This document shows positions 19,840-29,485 of a stretch of DNA of 64,000 nt, one piece after another. The first letter of the stretch is position 1. Every line of letters begins with the position of its first letter. Position numbers and translations under genes: made by a program. Under the pieces are notes generated by a model. The model did not search any database, was not told where the DNA came from, and saw only the letters and a list, made by a program, of their open reading frames with translations. Location: positions 480,001-544,000 of the forward strand of contig CAWECG010000003.1 of assembly GCA_963807605.1 (NCBI GenBank). Reading direction: 5' to 3'. The DNA comes from Candidatus Bathyarchaeota archaeon (GTDB lineage Archaea; Thermoproteota; Bathyarchaeia; 40CM-2-53-6; RBG-13-38-9).

Positions 19840-20460
19840 TCATTCTCTTCCGGCGAGAATATCTTCAATTGGCGGGAAAGGAGGCTCAGCGCCTATTGAG
19901 GAGATCCTGCCGGTTGGGCATACAACATAGCAATGGTTGCATACTGTGCATATTGCTGCCTTTTCAGGGTAGAGCGCAATCCGTCTCCTTACGCCTCTTC
20001 CCACAGATCCAATCGCGCTATCCCAAGTCGCCTCAATGCACCGACGAAGACATAACCCACATAGGATGCATTTCGTGGGGTCGCTCTGCACCTTTGAGCG
20101 GAATCTAGAGAGATCAGCCTTGTATTCGCCGGCCAATTCGCGCATCCTGCCAGCGACATCTTCTCCCGCAGATGCGGCAGCCAACTCGAGTATGGTCTTT
20201 CTCATAGAATCGATTCTGGGAGACCTCGTTCTTACCTTCAAGCCTTCCTCAGCAGGGTAGCAGCACGCAGCGACTATCCGTGATCTGCCTCTCTTCTCGA
20301 TCTCCACGCTGCAGATGCGACAGACGCCATACGACTCCAGCTCCTCGTGATGGCACAGCGTCGGTATCTCCACGCCTGAACACTTTGCAGCCTCCAGAAT
20401 CGTCATTCCCTCTTCGGCTTCAACATCTCTATCGTCTATTCTCAAGCTTAGAGCCTTCAT
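19840..20460 (-). CDS. NuoG/HydA N-terminal-like Fe-S subunit ([2Fe-2S] + 2x[4Fe-4S]) with no catalytic domain
   Basis: IPTLC...GVCRIC...AAC; CILCGLCLRRC; CTVCNHCYVVCP. Confidence 0.85.
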   Translation of the reverse strand: MKALSLRIDDRDVEAEEGMTILEAAKCSGVEIPTLCHHEELESYGVCRICSVEIEKRGRSRIVAACCYPAEEGLKVRTRSPRIDSMRKTILELAAASAGEDVAGRMRELAGEYKADLSRFRSKVQSDPTKCILCGLCLRRCIEATWDSAIGSVGRGVRRRIALYPEKAAICTVCNHCYVVCPTGRISSIGAEPPFPPIEDILAGRE

Positions 20461-20469
20461 GATCTAACC

Positions 20470-22389
20470 TCATCTTTTCCGGATTGGTTTCATTCCCTTT
20501 GGTGGTGGAGGTGGAATCGGTTCTCCTGATGATTTCCTGACCGCGTCGAACTTGCAGACCTCGTAGCACGCTCCACACTTCGAGCATTTCTCTTGTGTGA
20601 TCCAGTGAACTTGCTCCTTTTCGCCGTTGATAGCATTAGTCGGGCATGCCTTTAGGCATAGTAGGCAGGCTTGGCATCTCTTGGGCTCTATGTAGTAGTT
20701 AATCAGAGCTCTGCAGGCTTTGGCTGGACAACGCTTTTCCCTCAAGTGTTGTTCCCACTCGTCTCTGAAGTACTTCAGAGAAGTGAGCACTGGATTGGCT
20801 GCGGTCTTGCCTAACGCACATAGGGAAGCCTCCTCCATCGTCTTGGCTATTTCTTCAACTATCGACATGTCTTCATTGTTGCCTTTTCCGGCGCAGATGT
20901 CTCCCAGAGTGCTGGAGAGAACTTTCAGTCCTTCTCGGCATGGAATACATTTGCCGCATGACTCCTCAAGCAAGAAATCTACAAAGTACTTTGACGCATC
21001 AACCATGCAGGTGTTCTCATCCATGACCACCATGCCGCCAGATCCCATCATGGATCCGACCTTAGTGAGCTCGTCAAAGTCTACTGGAAGGTCGAGATAC
21101 TTGTCAGGGATGAAGCCTCCTGATGGGCCGCCGGTTTGTACTGCTTTGAATCTCTTGTCACCCCTAATTCCTCCGCCGATCTCGAAGATTAGGTCTCGGA
21201 GGCTAATTCCCATAGGAACCTCTACAAGGCCTGTGCTGTTTACCTTGCCGACAAGTGAGAAGATCGCGGTTCCGCTGCTCCCTTGTGTCCCGATCTTCCT
21301 GAACCATTCTGAACCATTCAGGACTATCAACGGAACAGTGGCCCATGTCTTGACGTTGTTAAGGCAGGTGGGTTTGCCCCACAGCCCCTTTACCGCTGTG
21401 TGAATGTATTTTGGCTTGGGTTCGCCAATCTTACCTTCGATCGCTGACATGAGAGCGCTGGACTCTCCCGAGACGAACGCTCCAGCACCTCTGTGTACCG
21501 TCACCCTAAAACTGAAACCTGACCCCATTATGTCTTCGCCAAGCAGTCCATAATCTTCGGCCTGCTTGATGGCGGTCGACACATTCTCCGCTGCTATGGG
21601 GTATTCTTCTCTCACATAGACGAAGCCTTTGTGGGCTCCGATCGCATAAGCTCCTATTGTGAAGCCCTCAAGTACGCTGTGAGGGTTATCCTCCATAAGC
21701 GATCTATCCATAAAGGCGCCAGGATCTCCCTCGTCGCAGTTGATGATGACGTACTTGGGTTCTTCAGGGGCGTTCCGTGTGGTCTCCCATTTCAGTGCGG
21801 TTGGAAAGCCTCCTCCACCACGGCCACGCAGGTTTGCCTTCTTGATTTCATCAACAACTTGTTGAGGTTTCATCTCGAAGAGGGCTTTTGCAAGGGCGTT
21901 GTACCCGTCGAATGCAATGTAATCTTCAATGCTCTTCGGGTCTAATTTTCCATTATTCTCCGTCAGTATCCTAAGCTGGTGCTTGTAGGAAGGTATCTCC
22001 TGGAGCTTATTTGATCTCTTGCCTGTTGCTGGATCTTTGTACAGCAGCCGCTCAACAATCTGCTTATTCTTAACAGTCTTTGAGACTATTTCCGGGGCAT
22101 CTTCAGCCTTTACCCTGAAGTAACAGATCTCCTCTGGGTAGATCGTGACTGTGGGGCCTTGTTCACAGAAACCTGAACATCCAGTCCCCTTGAGCCCCAC
22201 CTCGTCCTTTAGTCCCTGCTTTTCAAGCTCGGCTTTGAAAGCTTCCATGACTTTGAAGGCGCCGAGTGCAACGGAGCATGTGCTGACGCTGACTAAGATT
22301 CTGCGCTGATTTTTAGTTTGATTCGCTGTGATTGTCTTACGGAGGCTTCCAAGGTCTTTGGGTGATTTTATTCGGGTTACAACTGCCAA
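20470..22389 (-). CDS. nuoF: NuoF/HydB-like FMN/NADH-binding subunit (long, bifurcating-type architecture)
   Basis: LRGRGGGGFPT, NCDEGDPGAFMDR, GGPSGG and ESCGKCIPCREG; N-terminal [2Fe-2S] domain and C-terminal 2x[4Fe-4S]. Confidence 0.92.
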   Translation of the reverse strand: MAVVTRIKSPKDLGSLRKTITANQTKNQRRILVSVSTCSVALGAFKVMEAFKAELEKQGLKDEVGLKGTGCSGFCEQGPTVTIYPEEICYFRVKAEDAPEIVSKTVKNKQIVERLLYKDPATGKRSNKLQEIPSYKHQLRILTENNGKLDPKSIEDYIAFDGYNALAKALFEMKPQQVVDEIKKANLRGRGGGGFPTALKWETTRNAPEEPKYVIINCDEGDPGAFMDRSLMEDNPHSVLEGFTIGAYAIGAHKGFVYVREEYPIAAENVSTAIKQAEDYGLLGEDIMGSGFSFRVTVHRGAGAFVSGESSALMSAIEGKIGEPKPKYIHTAVKGLWGKPTCLNNVKTWATVPLIVLNGSEWFRKIGTQGSSGTAIFSLVGKVNSTGLVEVPMGISLRDLIFEIGGGIRGDKRFKAVQTGGPSGGFIPDKYLDLPVDFDELTKVGSMMGSGGMVVMDENTCMVDASKYFVDFLLEESCGKCIPCREGLKVLSSTLGDICAGKGNNEDMSIVEEIAKTMEEASLCALGKTAANPVLTSLKYFRDEWEQHLREKRCPAKACRALINYYIEPKRCQACLLCLKACPTNAINGEKEQVHWITQEKCSKCGACYEVCKFDAVRKSSGEPIPPPPPKGMKPIRKR

Positions 22390-22392
22390 AGT

Positions 22393-23046
22393 CTAGGCCT
22401 GCCTATACTTGGATAGGACCTTTTCCACATCAGGTAGTTTGAGGTTGCCGTGATATTCCTCGTTGACGGTCATGACTGGGCCCAGGGCGCAACAGCCTAC
22501 ACAATTGACGGTCTCAAGACTGAATTTACCATCGGCGGTTGTTCCTTCCCTATCCACGTTGAGGGATTTCTCGGCCTGTTCAAGAATCGTTTGAGAGCCT
22601 CGAACTTTGCAGGATGTTCCCATACAGACCCGGACGAGGTGCTTCCCCCGAGGAGCAAGAGAAAACGCCTTGTAGAAAGTTGCGATCTGGTAGACTTGGC
22701 TGATGGGTACATTCAGCTGCTTGCTCACCTCTGACAGCATCTCTCTTGGAAGCCAGCCGAAGCTTCGTTGCAGTCTCAAGAGGATCTGGATGAGCATACT
22801 CTTGTCATGTCCATACTCTTCCACTGCTTTATTCACTATCGCTGCGACTCCACGCAGTTTCACGGCCTTTCGTTTGATCGAGGCCCTTTTCTTCAATTCT
22901 AAGTCCAACTTCCTTCGACCCAAAACGGAGGCTATATCTTCAGGTACCTTTACCTTGTAACGACATTGCGGGCAAGTGGCATAGTATTGGTTCTGACCCT
23001 GGTAGTCCCATTTATAACCGCAATGCTGGCAAGCTAATTCAACCAT
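22393..23046 (-). CDS. nuoE: NuoE/HydC-like [2Fe-2S] subunit with N-terminal Zn ribbon
   Basis: ATFYKAF, VCMGTSCKVRG and CVGCCALGP; N-terminal CQHCGYKW...ATCPQC. Confidence 0.9.
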   Translation of the reverse strand: MVELACQHCGYKWDYQGQNQYYATCPQCRYKVKVPEDIASVLGRRKLDLELKKRASIKRKAVKLRGVAAIVNKAVEEYGHDKSMLIQILLRLQRSFGWLPREMLSEVSKQLNVPISQVYQIATFYKAFSLAPRGKHLVRVCMGTSCKVRGSQTILEQAEKSLNVDREGTTADGKFSLETVNCVGCCALGPVMTVNEEYHGNLKLPDVEKVLSKYRQA

Positions 23047-23219
23047 GGCTAAGATTACTACCTACCTACCCACAAACTAGAAGGTCACATATTTGAGTCT
23101 TTTTCGAACCCCTGGACTGGCCCAAGTCAAATAGATCGGGCTGGCAGCCGCTGCAAAGGGATCTCAGGTTATGTCTCATGCTTTTATACACGATTTCCTC
23201 CGCTATGACTGGATGATCG

Positions 23220-24236
23220 TTGTCGAGGACTGAAGTTGGCATAGGAGTTGTAGGATTAGGGTTTGTCGGCGAGAAAGCCCATCTTCAAGCCTTTCGGTCG
23301 ATCCAAGGAGCTAAGCTAATCGCGATAGCCGACGTGGATGTCGAACGCGCGAGGAAGGCAGGGGAAAAATTCAAGCTAAGATCAGTGTATTCCAACCATC
23401 AGGATCTGATCAAGGATCCCAACGTAGATGCAGTTGTAATCTCAGTCCCAACCTTTCTCCACCACCAAATTGTGACGGATGCTTTGAGGGGGGGCAAACA
23501 TGTCCTATGTGAGATGCCATTGGCCCCAACGTTGAAGGAAGCTTACGAAATTGTCGACGAGGCCAAGAAAGCAGGTGTCGTCTTTATGCCGAGTCTGAAC
23601 TTCAGATTCACACCAAATTATGTTAAGATGAAAGAGTTGATCGATCAAGGCTCGATCGGAAATCCGGTAGCGGCACTCTACAGAGAGTTCATTCCTGCCA
23701 AGGATTTGGCATTGCAATGGCCACCGGGATCGTGGGCGTGGGACGACAAAAAAAGTGGAGGGGGCCCGGCGTTTACACTATCTGTATGGTCGATTGATCT
23801 TTTACGTTGGCTCCTCAAAGCGGATGTTGAGGAAGTTCATTCTGTTTTGAGAAATGTTAGTCTGCGTGAGCTGGGCGGAACTATTGGATACACTTCCCTC
23901 GCAGTTCTTAAATTCTCAAATGGAGCGGTCGCAACTCTCCAGTTCAGTGGGCTCGTCAGGCCCTCGATGAGCGATAGTAAACTGGAAGTTCTAGGTGATA
24001 ACATGAATGGGCTGGTCGCAACTGGTAATGATGGTCTAGGTCTCAACGCTTCCGATCCGGACAAACAGGAATGGGTCTTTCGAGAGAAAGGAGCAAAAGT
24101 TTGGGGTCATTACCAAGAAGATGAGCACTTTGTGAGATCAATTCTGCAGAACAAAGAACCTCTCATCACCGTAGATGATGCCCTAAAGGCTCAAGAGGTA
24201 GCCACTAGGATACTGCAGCCAGCACACGCCTCTTAA
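23220..24236 (+). CDS. Gfo/Idh/MocA family oxidoreductase
   Basis: GVVGLGFVG, PTFLH and GKHVLCEMPLA. Confidence 0.9.
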   Translation: MSRTEVGIGVVGLGFVGEKAHLQAFRSIQGAKLIAIADVDVERARKAGEKFKLRSVYSNHQDLIKDPNVDAVVISVPTFLHHQIVTDALRGGKHVLCEMPLAPTLKEAYEIVDEAKKAGVVFMPSLNFRFTPNYVKMKELIDQGSIGNPVAALYREFIPAKDLALQWPPGSWAWDDKKSGGGPAFTLSVWSIDLLRWLLKADVEEVHSVLRNVSLRELGGTIGYTSLAVLKFSNGAVATLQFSGLVRPSMSDSKLEVLGDNMNGLVATGNDGLGLNASDPDKQEWVFREKGAKVWGHYQEDEHFVRSILQNKEPLITVDDALKAQEVATRILQPAHAS

Positions 24237-24302
24237 CCGCAAGAAAGTTCGGTAATTCTCTCGATTGAGCATATTCGAGATTCGCTACTTCATCCAGATT
24301 GA

Positions 24303-25520
24303 TTATTCGCTTTCTAGGAGTAGAAGGTCTGGATCCTCAAGATATTTGATAATCGTATTTACGAATCTCGCCGCCATCGCGCCATCAATCACCCTATGAT
24401 CGAAGGATAGGGATAGCGGGATGATCTTTCTTATGACGACCTTTCCGCCTCGAACAACGGGTTTCTCATAGATTCGTCCCGTGGCCAAAATTGATGTCTC
24501 GGGGTAGTTGATTATCGGCGTTGCGTGAAGACCCCCAATGAAGCCGATATTGGTAATGGTGAAAGTCCCGCCCTTCAGATCTGCTAGGTTGACTGTTCGG
24601 GATCGTGCCTTTTCAGCCAAGTCTTGAATCTCGTTGGCGATCTTGAGTATGCTCTTCTGATCAGCACCCTTGACCACAGGAACAATTAGACCTTCGTCGG
24701 TGTCTACTGCTACCCCGATATTGTAGTACTTCTTGAGAATGATTTCTTCATGCTCATCGTCAATAGAGGAGTTCAGATAAGGATATTGTTTGAGAGCTGC
24801 AATTACAGCTTTGATCACGAAGGGTACGTATGTTAGGTGGATGCCATTTTTTTCTGAAACCTCATTCTCCTTTTCCCTGATCTTGACAAGATGGGTTACA
24901 TCCGCCTCATCCATATGCGTTACATGTACTGCTGTCCTGCTTGACTCAATCATCTTCTTGGCAGTGCTTTTTCTTACGCCCTTCATTGGTAGAGCTTCAA
25001 TGTATCCGTAAAGGTCGTATTTCCTCGCAATCTTGGTAACTTCCAGTTTCCTCCCTTTTTCTTCTGCAAATCTTCTCACATCATCTTCTGTTATTCGACC
25101 TTCCAAACCCGTTCCCTTAACCTGGGAGATCTCGATGCCCAATTCTCTTGCAGCTCTCCTTGTGGCCGGTGTCGCAAGTATTTCGGGAGGTCCTGCTGTG
25201 GCTTCAGGTGCCTCTTCGAGGACGCCGACGACTGAGGCTTTAGGCTGAACAGGAACTAATTCCGGCCTCTCAAACTTCTCTCCAGGCTCCACTATGGTTA
25301 CTAGTGTCTCTCCGACTTTGACGGTATCTCCTTCTTTATGGTGGATCCTTAGTATTCTTCCACCTAGCGGAGAGGGTATCTCGACTACGGCCTTATCCGT
25401 CTCTATCTTGACGATGGGTTGATGTTCCTGAACCGTGTCTCCTTCTTTGACCTCCCACTCTACTATTTCTCCTTCAGTAATCCCCTCACCAACGTCTGGA
25501 AATTTGAAATTCGTTGGCAT
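24303..25520 (-). CDS. pdhC: 2-oxoacid dehydrogenase E2 dihydrolipoamide acyltransferase
   Basis: Lipoyl domain ETDKAVVE; peripheral-subunit-binding domain ATPATRR...GTGLEGRI; DHRVIDG. Confidence 0.93.
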   Translation of the reverse strand: MPTNFKFPDVGEGITEGEIVEWEVKEGDTVQEHQPIVKIETDKAVVEIPSPLGGRILRIHHKEGDTVKVGETLVTIVEPGEKFERPELVPVQPKASVVGVLEEAPEATAGPPEILATPATRRAARELGIEISQVKGTGLEGRITEDDVRRFAEEKGRKLEVTKIARKYDLYGYIEALPMKGVRKSTAKKMIESSRTAVHVTHMDEADVTHLVKIREKENEVSEKNGIHLTYVPFVIKAVIAALKQYPYLNSSIDDEHEEIILKKYYNIGVAVDTDEGLIVPVVKGADQKSILKIANEIQDLAEKARSRTVNLADLKGGTFTITNIGFIGGLHATPIINYPETSILATGRIYEKPVVRGGKVVIRKIIPLSLSFDHRVIDGAMAARFVNTIIKYLEDPDLLLLESE

Positions 25521-25530
25521 AACAAAGCCT

Positions 25531-26505
25531 CTAGAAGCTCGCTGTCTTTTCCAGTGCTGTCATAATCTTTTCCACGTCTGGAAGATAATAGTTCTCCAGC
25601 TTGAAGAGTGGAAAAGGAACATCTAGGCCTGTGACCCGCGCAATCGGGGCCTCTAAACTTAGAAAGACTTTCTCGTTGATGAGCGCGGTGATCTCAGCAC
25701 CGAGCCCGCACGTCTTAGGCGCTTCATGGACGATTACGGCTCTTCCTGTCTTCTCAACGGATTTGACCACGGTTTCGCTATCTAAAGGTGAGAGAGTGCG
25801 AAGGTCAATGACCTCTACGCTGATCTTATTTCCTTCCTTCTCAGCAGCTTCCAGAGAAGGTCGCATCATTGCGCCCCAAGAGATCACTGTGACGTCGCTG
25901 CCCTCTCGAACTACCTTTGCCTTGCCGAGTGGTACGACGTAATCTTCCTCAGGTACATCGCCCCTGACTGCGCGGTAAATTCTCTTCGGTTCCATGAAGA
26001 TTACGGGGTCAGGGTCTCTGATGGCTGAGATGAGTAGGCCTTTCGTATCGAATGGTGTCGACGGTGTTGTGACTTTGATACCTGGAGTATGGACGAGATA
26101 CGCTTCAGGGCTGTCGGAATGGTGTTCGGGCGGGCGTATCCCTCCGCCGTACGGAACTCTAACTACAAGTGGTACGTGGAATCTCCCGCGAGAACGGTTT
26201 CTTATCTTTCCAGCATGGGATATGATCTGGTCCAGTGCGGGGTATAGGAAACCCTCGAACTGAATCTCTGCCACTGGCCTCAGGCCGTATAACGCCAAGC
26301 CTATTGCGACACCCACTATTCCAATTTCGGAGAGTGGTGTATCTATCACTCTGTTCTCTCCAAATTCGTCTACCAGGCCTTCAGTCGCTCTGAAGACTCC
26401 GCCGTTTCTCCCTACGTCCTCTCCCAAGATCAGGACATTTGGGTCTCTCGTCATCTCTTGCTGGAGGGCGGACTTTACGGCTTGGACGATATTCAGCTCA
26501 GCCAT
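25531..26505 (-). CDS. pdhB: 2-oxoacid dehydrogenase E1 beta subunit
   Basis: Start MAELNIVQAV at 26505; GEDVGRNGGVFRAT, DTPLSE and EHHS. Confidence 0.93.
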   Translation of the reverse strand: MAELNIVQAVKSALQQEMTRDPNVLILGEDVGRNGGVFRATEGLVDEFGENRVIDTPLSEIGIVGVAIGLALYGLRPVAEIQFEGFLYPALDQIISHAGKIRNRSRGRFHVPLVVRVPYGGGIRPPEHHSDSPEAYLVHTPGIKVTTPSTPFDTKGLLISAIRDPDPVIFMEPKRIYRAVRGDVPEEDYVVPLGKAKVVREGSDVTVISWGAMMRPSLEAAEKEGNKISVEVIDLRTLSPLDSETVVKSVEKTGRAVIVHEAPKTCGLGAEITALINEKVFLSLEAPIARVTGLDVPFPLFKLENYYLPDVEKIMTALEKTASF

Positions 26506-27583
26506 TTCGCTCGACTCCTCTGGATCGCAAGAGTTCTTCGTACTGTGTCTTGAGGTGTGGTGGCAACTCGGCGTACGTCCAGACGAAGAGGTCTTTGATC
26601 TCTTGAGGAGTAATGGATTCTGCCTTCTGGACGGCTTGTTGAACCTTTGCCATGGCTTCTGCTTGGACTCTCTTTTCGTACTCCTCATTCCAGAGTCCCT
26701 TGTGCTGCAGATACTTGCGTAACCTATCTACTGGATCTCGTTTGATCCATGCTTCCAACTCTTCCTTTGGCCTGTATCTTGACGCGTCATCGGAGGTTGT
26801 ATGGTCGGCTATTCTGTAGGTGACACACTCGATCATTGTGGGACCTTTGCCTGACCGGGCTTTCTCTAGAGCCTCTTTGGTAGCCTTGTACACGGCGAAC
26901 ACATCATTCCCATCAATTTGGATTCCTTCGAAGCCGTAAGCCAGCGCTTTCTGAGCTAACGTTTGCGAAGCAGTCTGTCGGCTTCTAGGGACCGATATTG
27001 CCCACTGATTATTCTCACATACGAAGACTATTGGTACCTTGAAGGTTCCGGCGAAATTAGAGCCTTCGTGAAAATCTCCTTTGGATGTTGCTCCGTCTCC
27101 AAGATAGACTAGGACCGCTTTTCGATCTCCTTTAAGTTTGGCGGCCCAGGCGAAACCGACTGCGTGAGGAATTTGGGTTCCCACGGGAACGGCGACGGTG
27201 AAGGCGTTAATGTTTTCTGGAATCTTATTCCCTCTTTCATCTCCGCCCCAATATTCATAGAGCATCTCCATCGGCAAACCCATGGCGATATATGCAGGAT
27301 TTTCTCTAAACGATGGAAACATCCAGTCAGAACTCTCGAGAGCATACACGCTTGCCACCTGAGCAGCTTCCTGCCCCCTGGCTGAAGCATAGGTTCCGAT
27401 CCTGCCTTCACGCTGCAACTTTACAGCAACATCATCGAAGGTTCTGGATAAGATCATCAATTCAAAAATTTCCTTGATCTGGCTGTCAGATAGGTCAGGC
27501 TTCAGCGCTTCGTCACAATTTCCCTCCTCGTCAAGAATCTTCAAAATGGGAACATCGAATCTTGTGACAATCTCTCGTGGCAT
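26498..27583 (-). CDS. pdhA: 2-oxoacid dehydrogenase E1 alpha subunit
   Basis: GQEAAQV; TPP motif GDGATSKGDFHE...NNQWAIS; YRIADHTTSDD. Confidence 0.93.
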   Translation of the reverse strand: MPREIVTRFDVPILKILDEEGNCDEALKPDLSDSQIKEIFELMILSRTFDDVAVKLQREGRIGTYASARGQEAAQVASVYALESSDWMFPSFRENPAYIAMGLPMEMLYEYWGGDERGNKIPENINAFTVAVPVGTQIPHAVGFAWAAKLKGDRKAVLVYLGDGATSKGDFHEGSNFAGTFKVPIVFVCENNQWAISVPRSRQTASQTLAQKALAYGFEGIQIDGNDVFAVYKATKEALEKARSGKGPTMIECVTYRIADHTTSDDASRYRPKEELEAWIKRDPVDRLRKYLQHKGLWNEEYEKRVQAEAMAKVQQAVQKAESITPQEIKDLFVWTYAELPPHLKTQYEELLRSRGVERNG

Positions 27584-27676
27584 GTTAACTCAGCCCAAAA
27601 TCGCTTGCTCACCTAAGAATATGATCCGCCGTCTATAGATGGTTTTCCAGACTCTGTCACGCTTGGAAGTCGTGCT

Positions 27677-27955
27677 TCACTGACCTAGAGCCCATTGCTT
27701 TAGGGTCTCGTAGTCATGAGCTCCACAAAGCCATTTACCCGTCTTCTTGTTGAAGAAGAATGGGACTCCACCGCAGTATCCATTATCGATCTCTCTCAAT
27801 AGACTGGCGTTTGCCTCGTTGTGCCATACCTCCAACCTTTTCACTTTCAAGTTCGTTTCTGTCTCTAAACGCTCTATGAGGGCATCCATCTTTTTGCAAT
27901 GGACGCATTCTGTCCCGTAAAACTCCAGCAGGTCCGAATCAACCACTTCGCTCAT
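27677..27955 (-). CDS. Thioredoxin/glutaredoxin-like protein
   Basis: FYGTECVHC, EVWHN and CGGVPFF. Confidence 0.85.
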   Translation of the reverse strand: MSEVVDSDLLEFYGTECVHCKKMDALIERLETETNLKVKRLEVWHNEANASLLREIDNGYCGGVPFFFNKKTGKWLCGAHDYETLKQWALGQ

Positions 27956-28181
27956 TCATTCTACCATCCTGTAACACTTACCGCCCTCTAACAAATAATT
28001 TAGAATCCGCAAACTGATAAATGTGAATTTCTAAAAAATATTCACGGCTTTCGGCTTGGTGCCAGAATGGCGGTAACGTACTGATTTCGTGAGTCTGCTG
28101 TCTGAGATTTCTTGATCGACCTTAGAAAGAGGTAAACTGTAAAAAAAGGAGAGATCCTACGAGAGGGAACGAATACATTGA

Positions 28182-28352
28182 CTAGAGTGAAGTCGGATCG
28201 CAAAGATTCTCTTTCTTCGCTGCTACACGACCACAAACCTTGCATATGAACTGAGCATTCTTGACGAGGTCTCTAACTTCACCGACATCATACGTGTCTG
28301 ACCAAATCTTGCATAGGTGGTTCTCATGTCCAACATGTGGCAACTTAACCAT
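28182..28352 (-). CDS. Small Cys/His metal-binding protein (56 aa; not in the ORF track)
   Basis: MVKLPHVGHENHLCKIWSDTYDVGEVRDLVKNAQFICKVCGRVAAKKENLCDPTSL. Confidence 0.75.
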   Translation of the reverse strand: MVKLPHVGHENHLCKIWSDTYDVGEVRDLVKNAQFICKVCGRVAAKKENLCDPTSL

Positions 28353-28647
28353 GGTTTTCTACATCCTGTGTTTATGCAGGTACGTATCGAGTTTTTGTCT
28401 ACTTAAGTTTAGCTCCAAACTCGCCATTTTTTGGGCATCAGAAGTAGGCGGTAATACAAAACTTCCAAAGAAGAGGGGCGCGCGAGTAATCTCAAGAGCG
28501 CGCGCTTAGTCAGCGGAATGACTGCTGATTGGACACAGATGTAGACGCAGTGGTCAACCTTTTTTTGGATGATCTTCCTAATTGATCTTGTTTAAGCAGT
28601 CTAACCTCTTCGTTAGATGCTCCTCAAGTGGATCTGAGGATTCTGTA

Positions 28648-29484
28648 ATGCAAGAATTCGCTGGGCTTCATGAGAAGGTCTCAAAAAGTCCCTACACTCT
28701 TACGTTTGATGATGGACGCACTCTCATACTTCATGAAAATGCCGAGCCCGGTAGCGGAGATTCATCCCCCTTGCAGAAAGGCCTCATCATGCTTGTTAAG
28801 GGTCGACCTGTATGTGGTGAAGGCGTTGGATTTGGAGTTCCTGCACTGGAGTATCCGGGAAAGGTTTTCTTTTCCACATCTGCCAAGGTCGAAGCCAGAG
28901 ATGACGAGTTAATAAAGTACTTCTCGATTGACGCTTTCTCAAGAAAGGCTTGGAAGGAAAGATATCCCATAGAGAACGGGATATACTCAGCTATACAAAG
29001 CAGACTGGCTAAGAGGTATCAGACTGACAAGAATAATCGTTCTCTGCTAACCAGTTTGATGAAACTCCAACATCTTCTAGGAGTTAAGTTATCTTTTCAG
29101 AGGGTCACGCCAAGAGGGATAGTCAAGATCACCTATCAACTGGCTGGAAATAAAGTGAAGGTTCGAGTTGATTGTTCGAAGATCGCAGACGAAATTCCTG
29201 AGAGACTTCTGATTTTCAACGAACAATCAAGCGATTTTAATCTCTACGAAGACTGTTTCGAGAAGTTGACAAACGATCAGATAGGAGTGTGGGAGCTGGT
29301 GCACAGTGAAAGAGCGTGTCTAACCAATAGCTATGCAGAAACAACCTTGTGTGTTGAGGCTATTCCTGGAGCAGAGTTGTACAGGGGACGAGAACTTCTA
29401 AGGCCACGTTTGGACTGGTCCGGCTTTTGTTACGCAATTCCCTCCTTCGATCAAAGTTTCTGCTATACAATCAAGATCACTTAG
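28648..29484 (+). CDS. Conserved hypothetical protein
   Basis: Long ORF, 1 bp from the radical SAM gene; GEGVGFGVP and GRE..RPRLDWSG motifs. Confidence 0.7.
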   Translation: MQEFAGLHEKVSKSPYTLTFDDGRTLILHENAEPGSGDSSPLQKGLIMLVKGRPVCGEGVGFGVPALEYPGKVFFSTSAKVEARDDELIKYFSIDAFSRKAWKERYPIENGIYSAIQSRLAKRYQTDKNNRSLLTSLMKLQHLLGVKLSFQRVTPRGIVKITYQLAGNKVKVRVDCSKIADEIPERLLIFNEQSSDFNLYEDCFEKLTNDQIGVWELVHSERACLTNSYAETTLCVEAIPGAELYRGRELLRPRLDWSGFCYAIPSFDQSFCYTIKIT

Positions 29485-29485
29485 C

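Noticed and set aside
25531-26688. 385-aa form of E1 beta
   Set aside because: The first 61 codons overlap E1 alpha; the family N-terminus begins at ATG 26505
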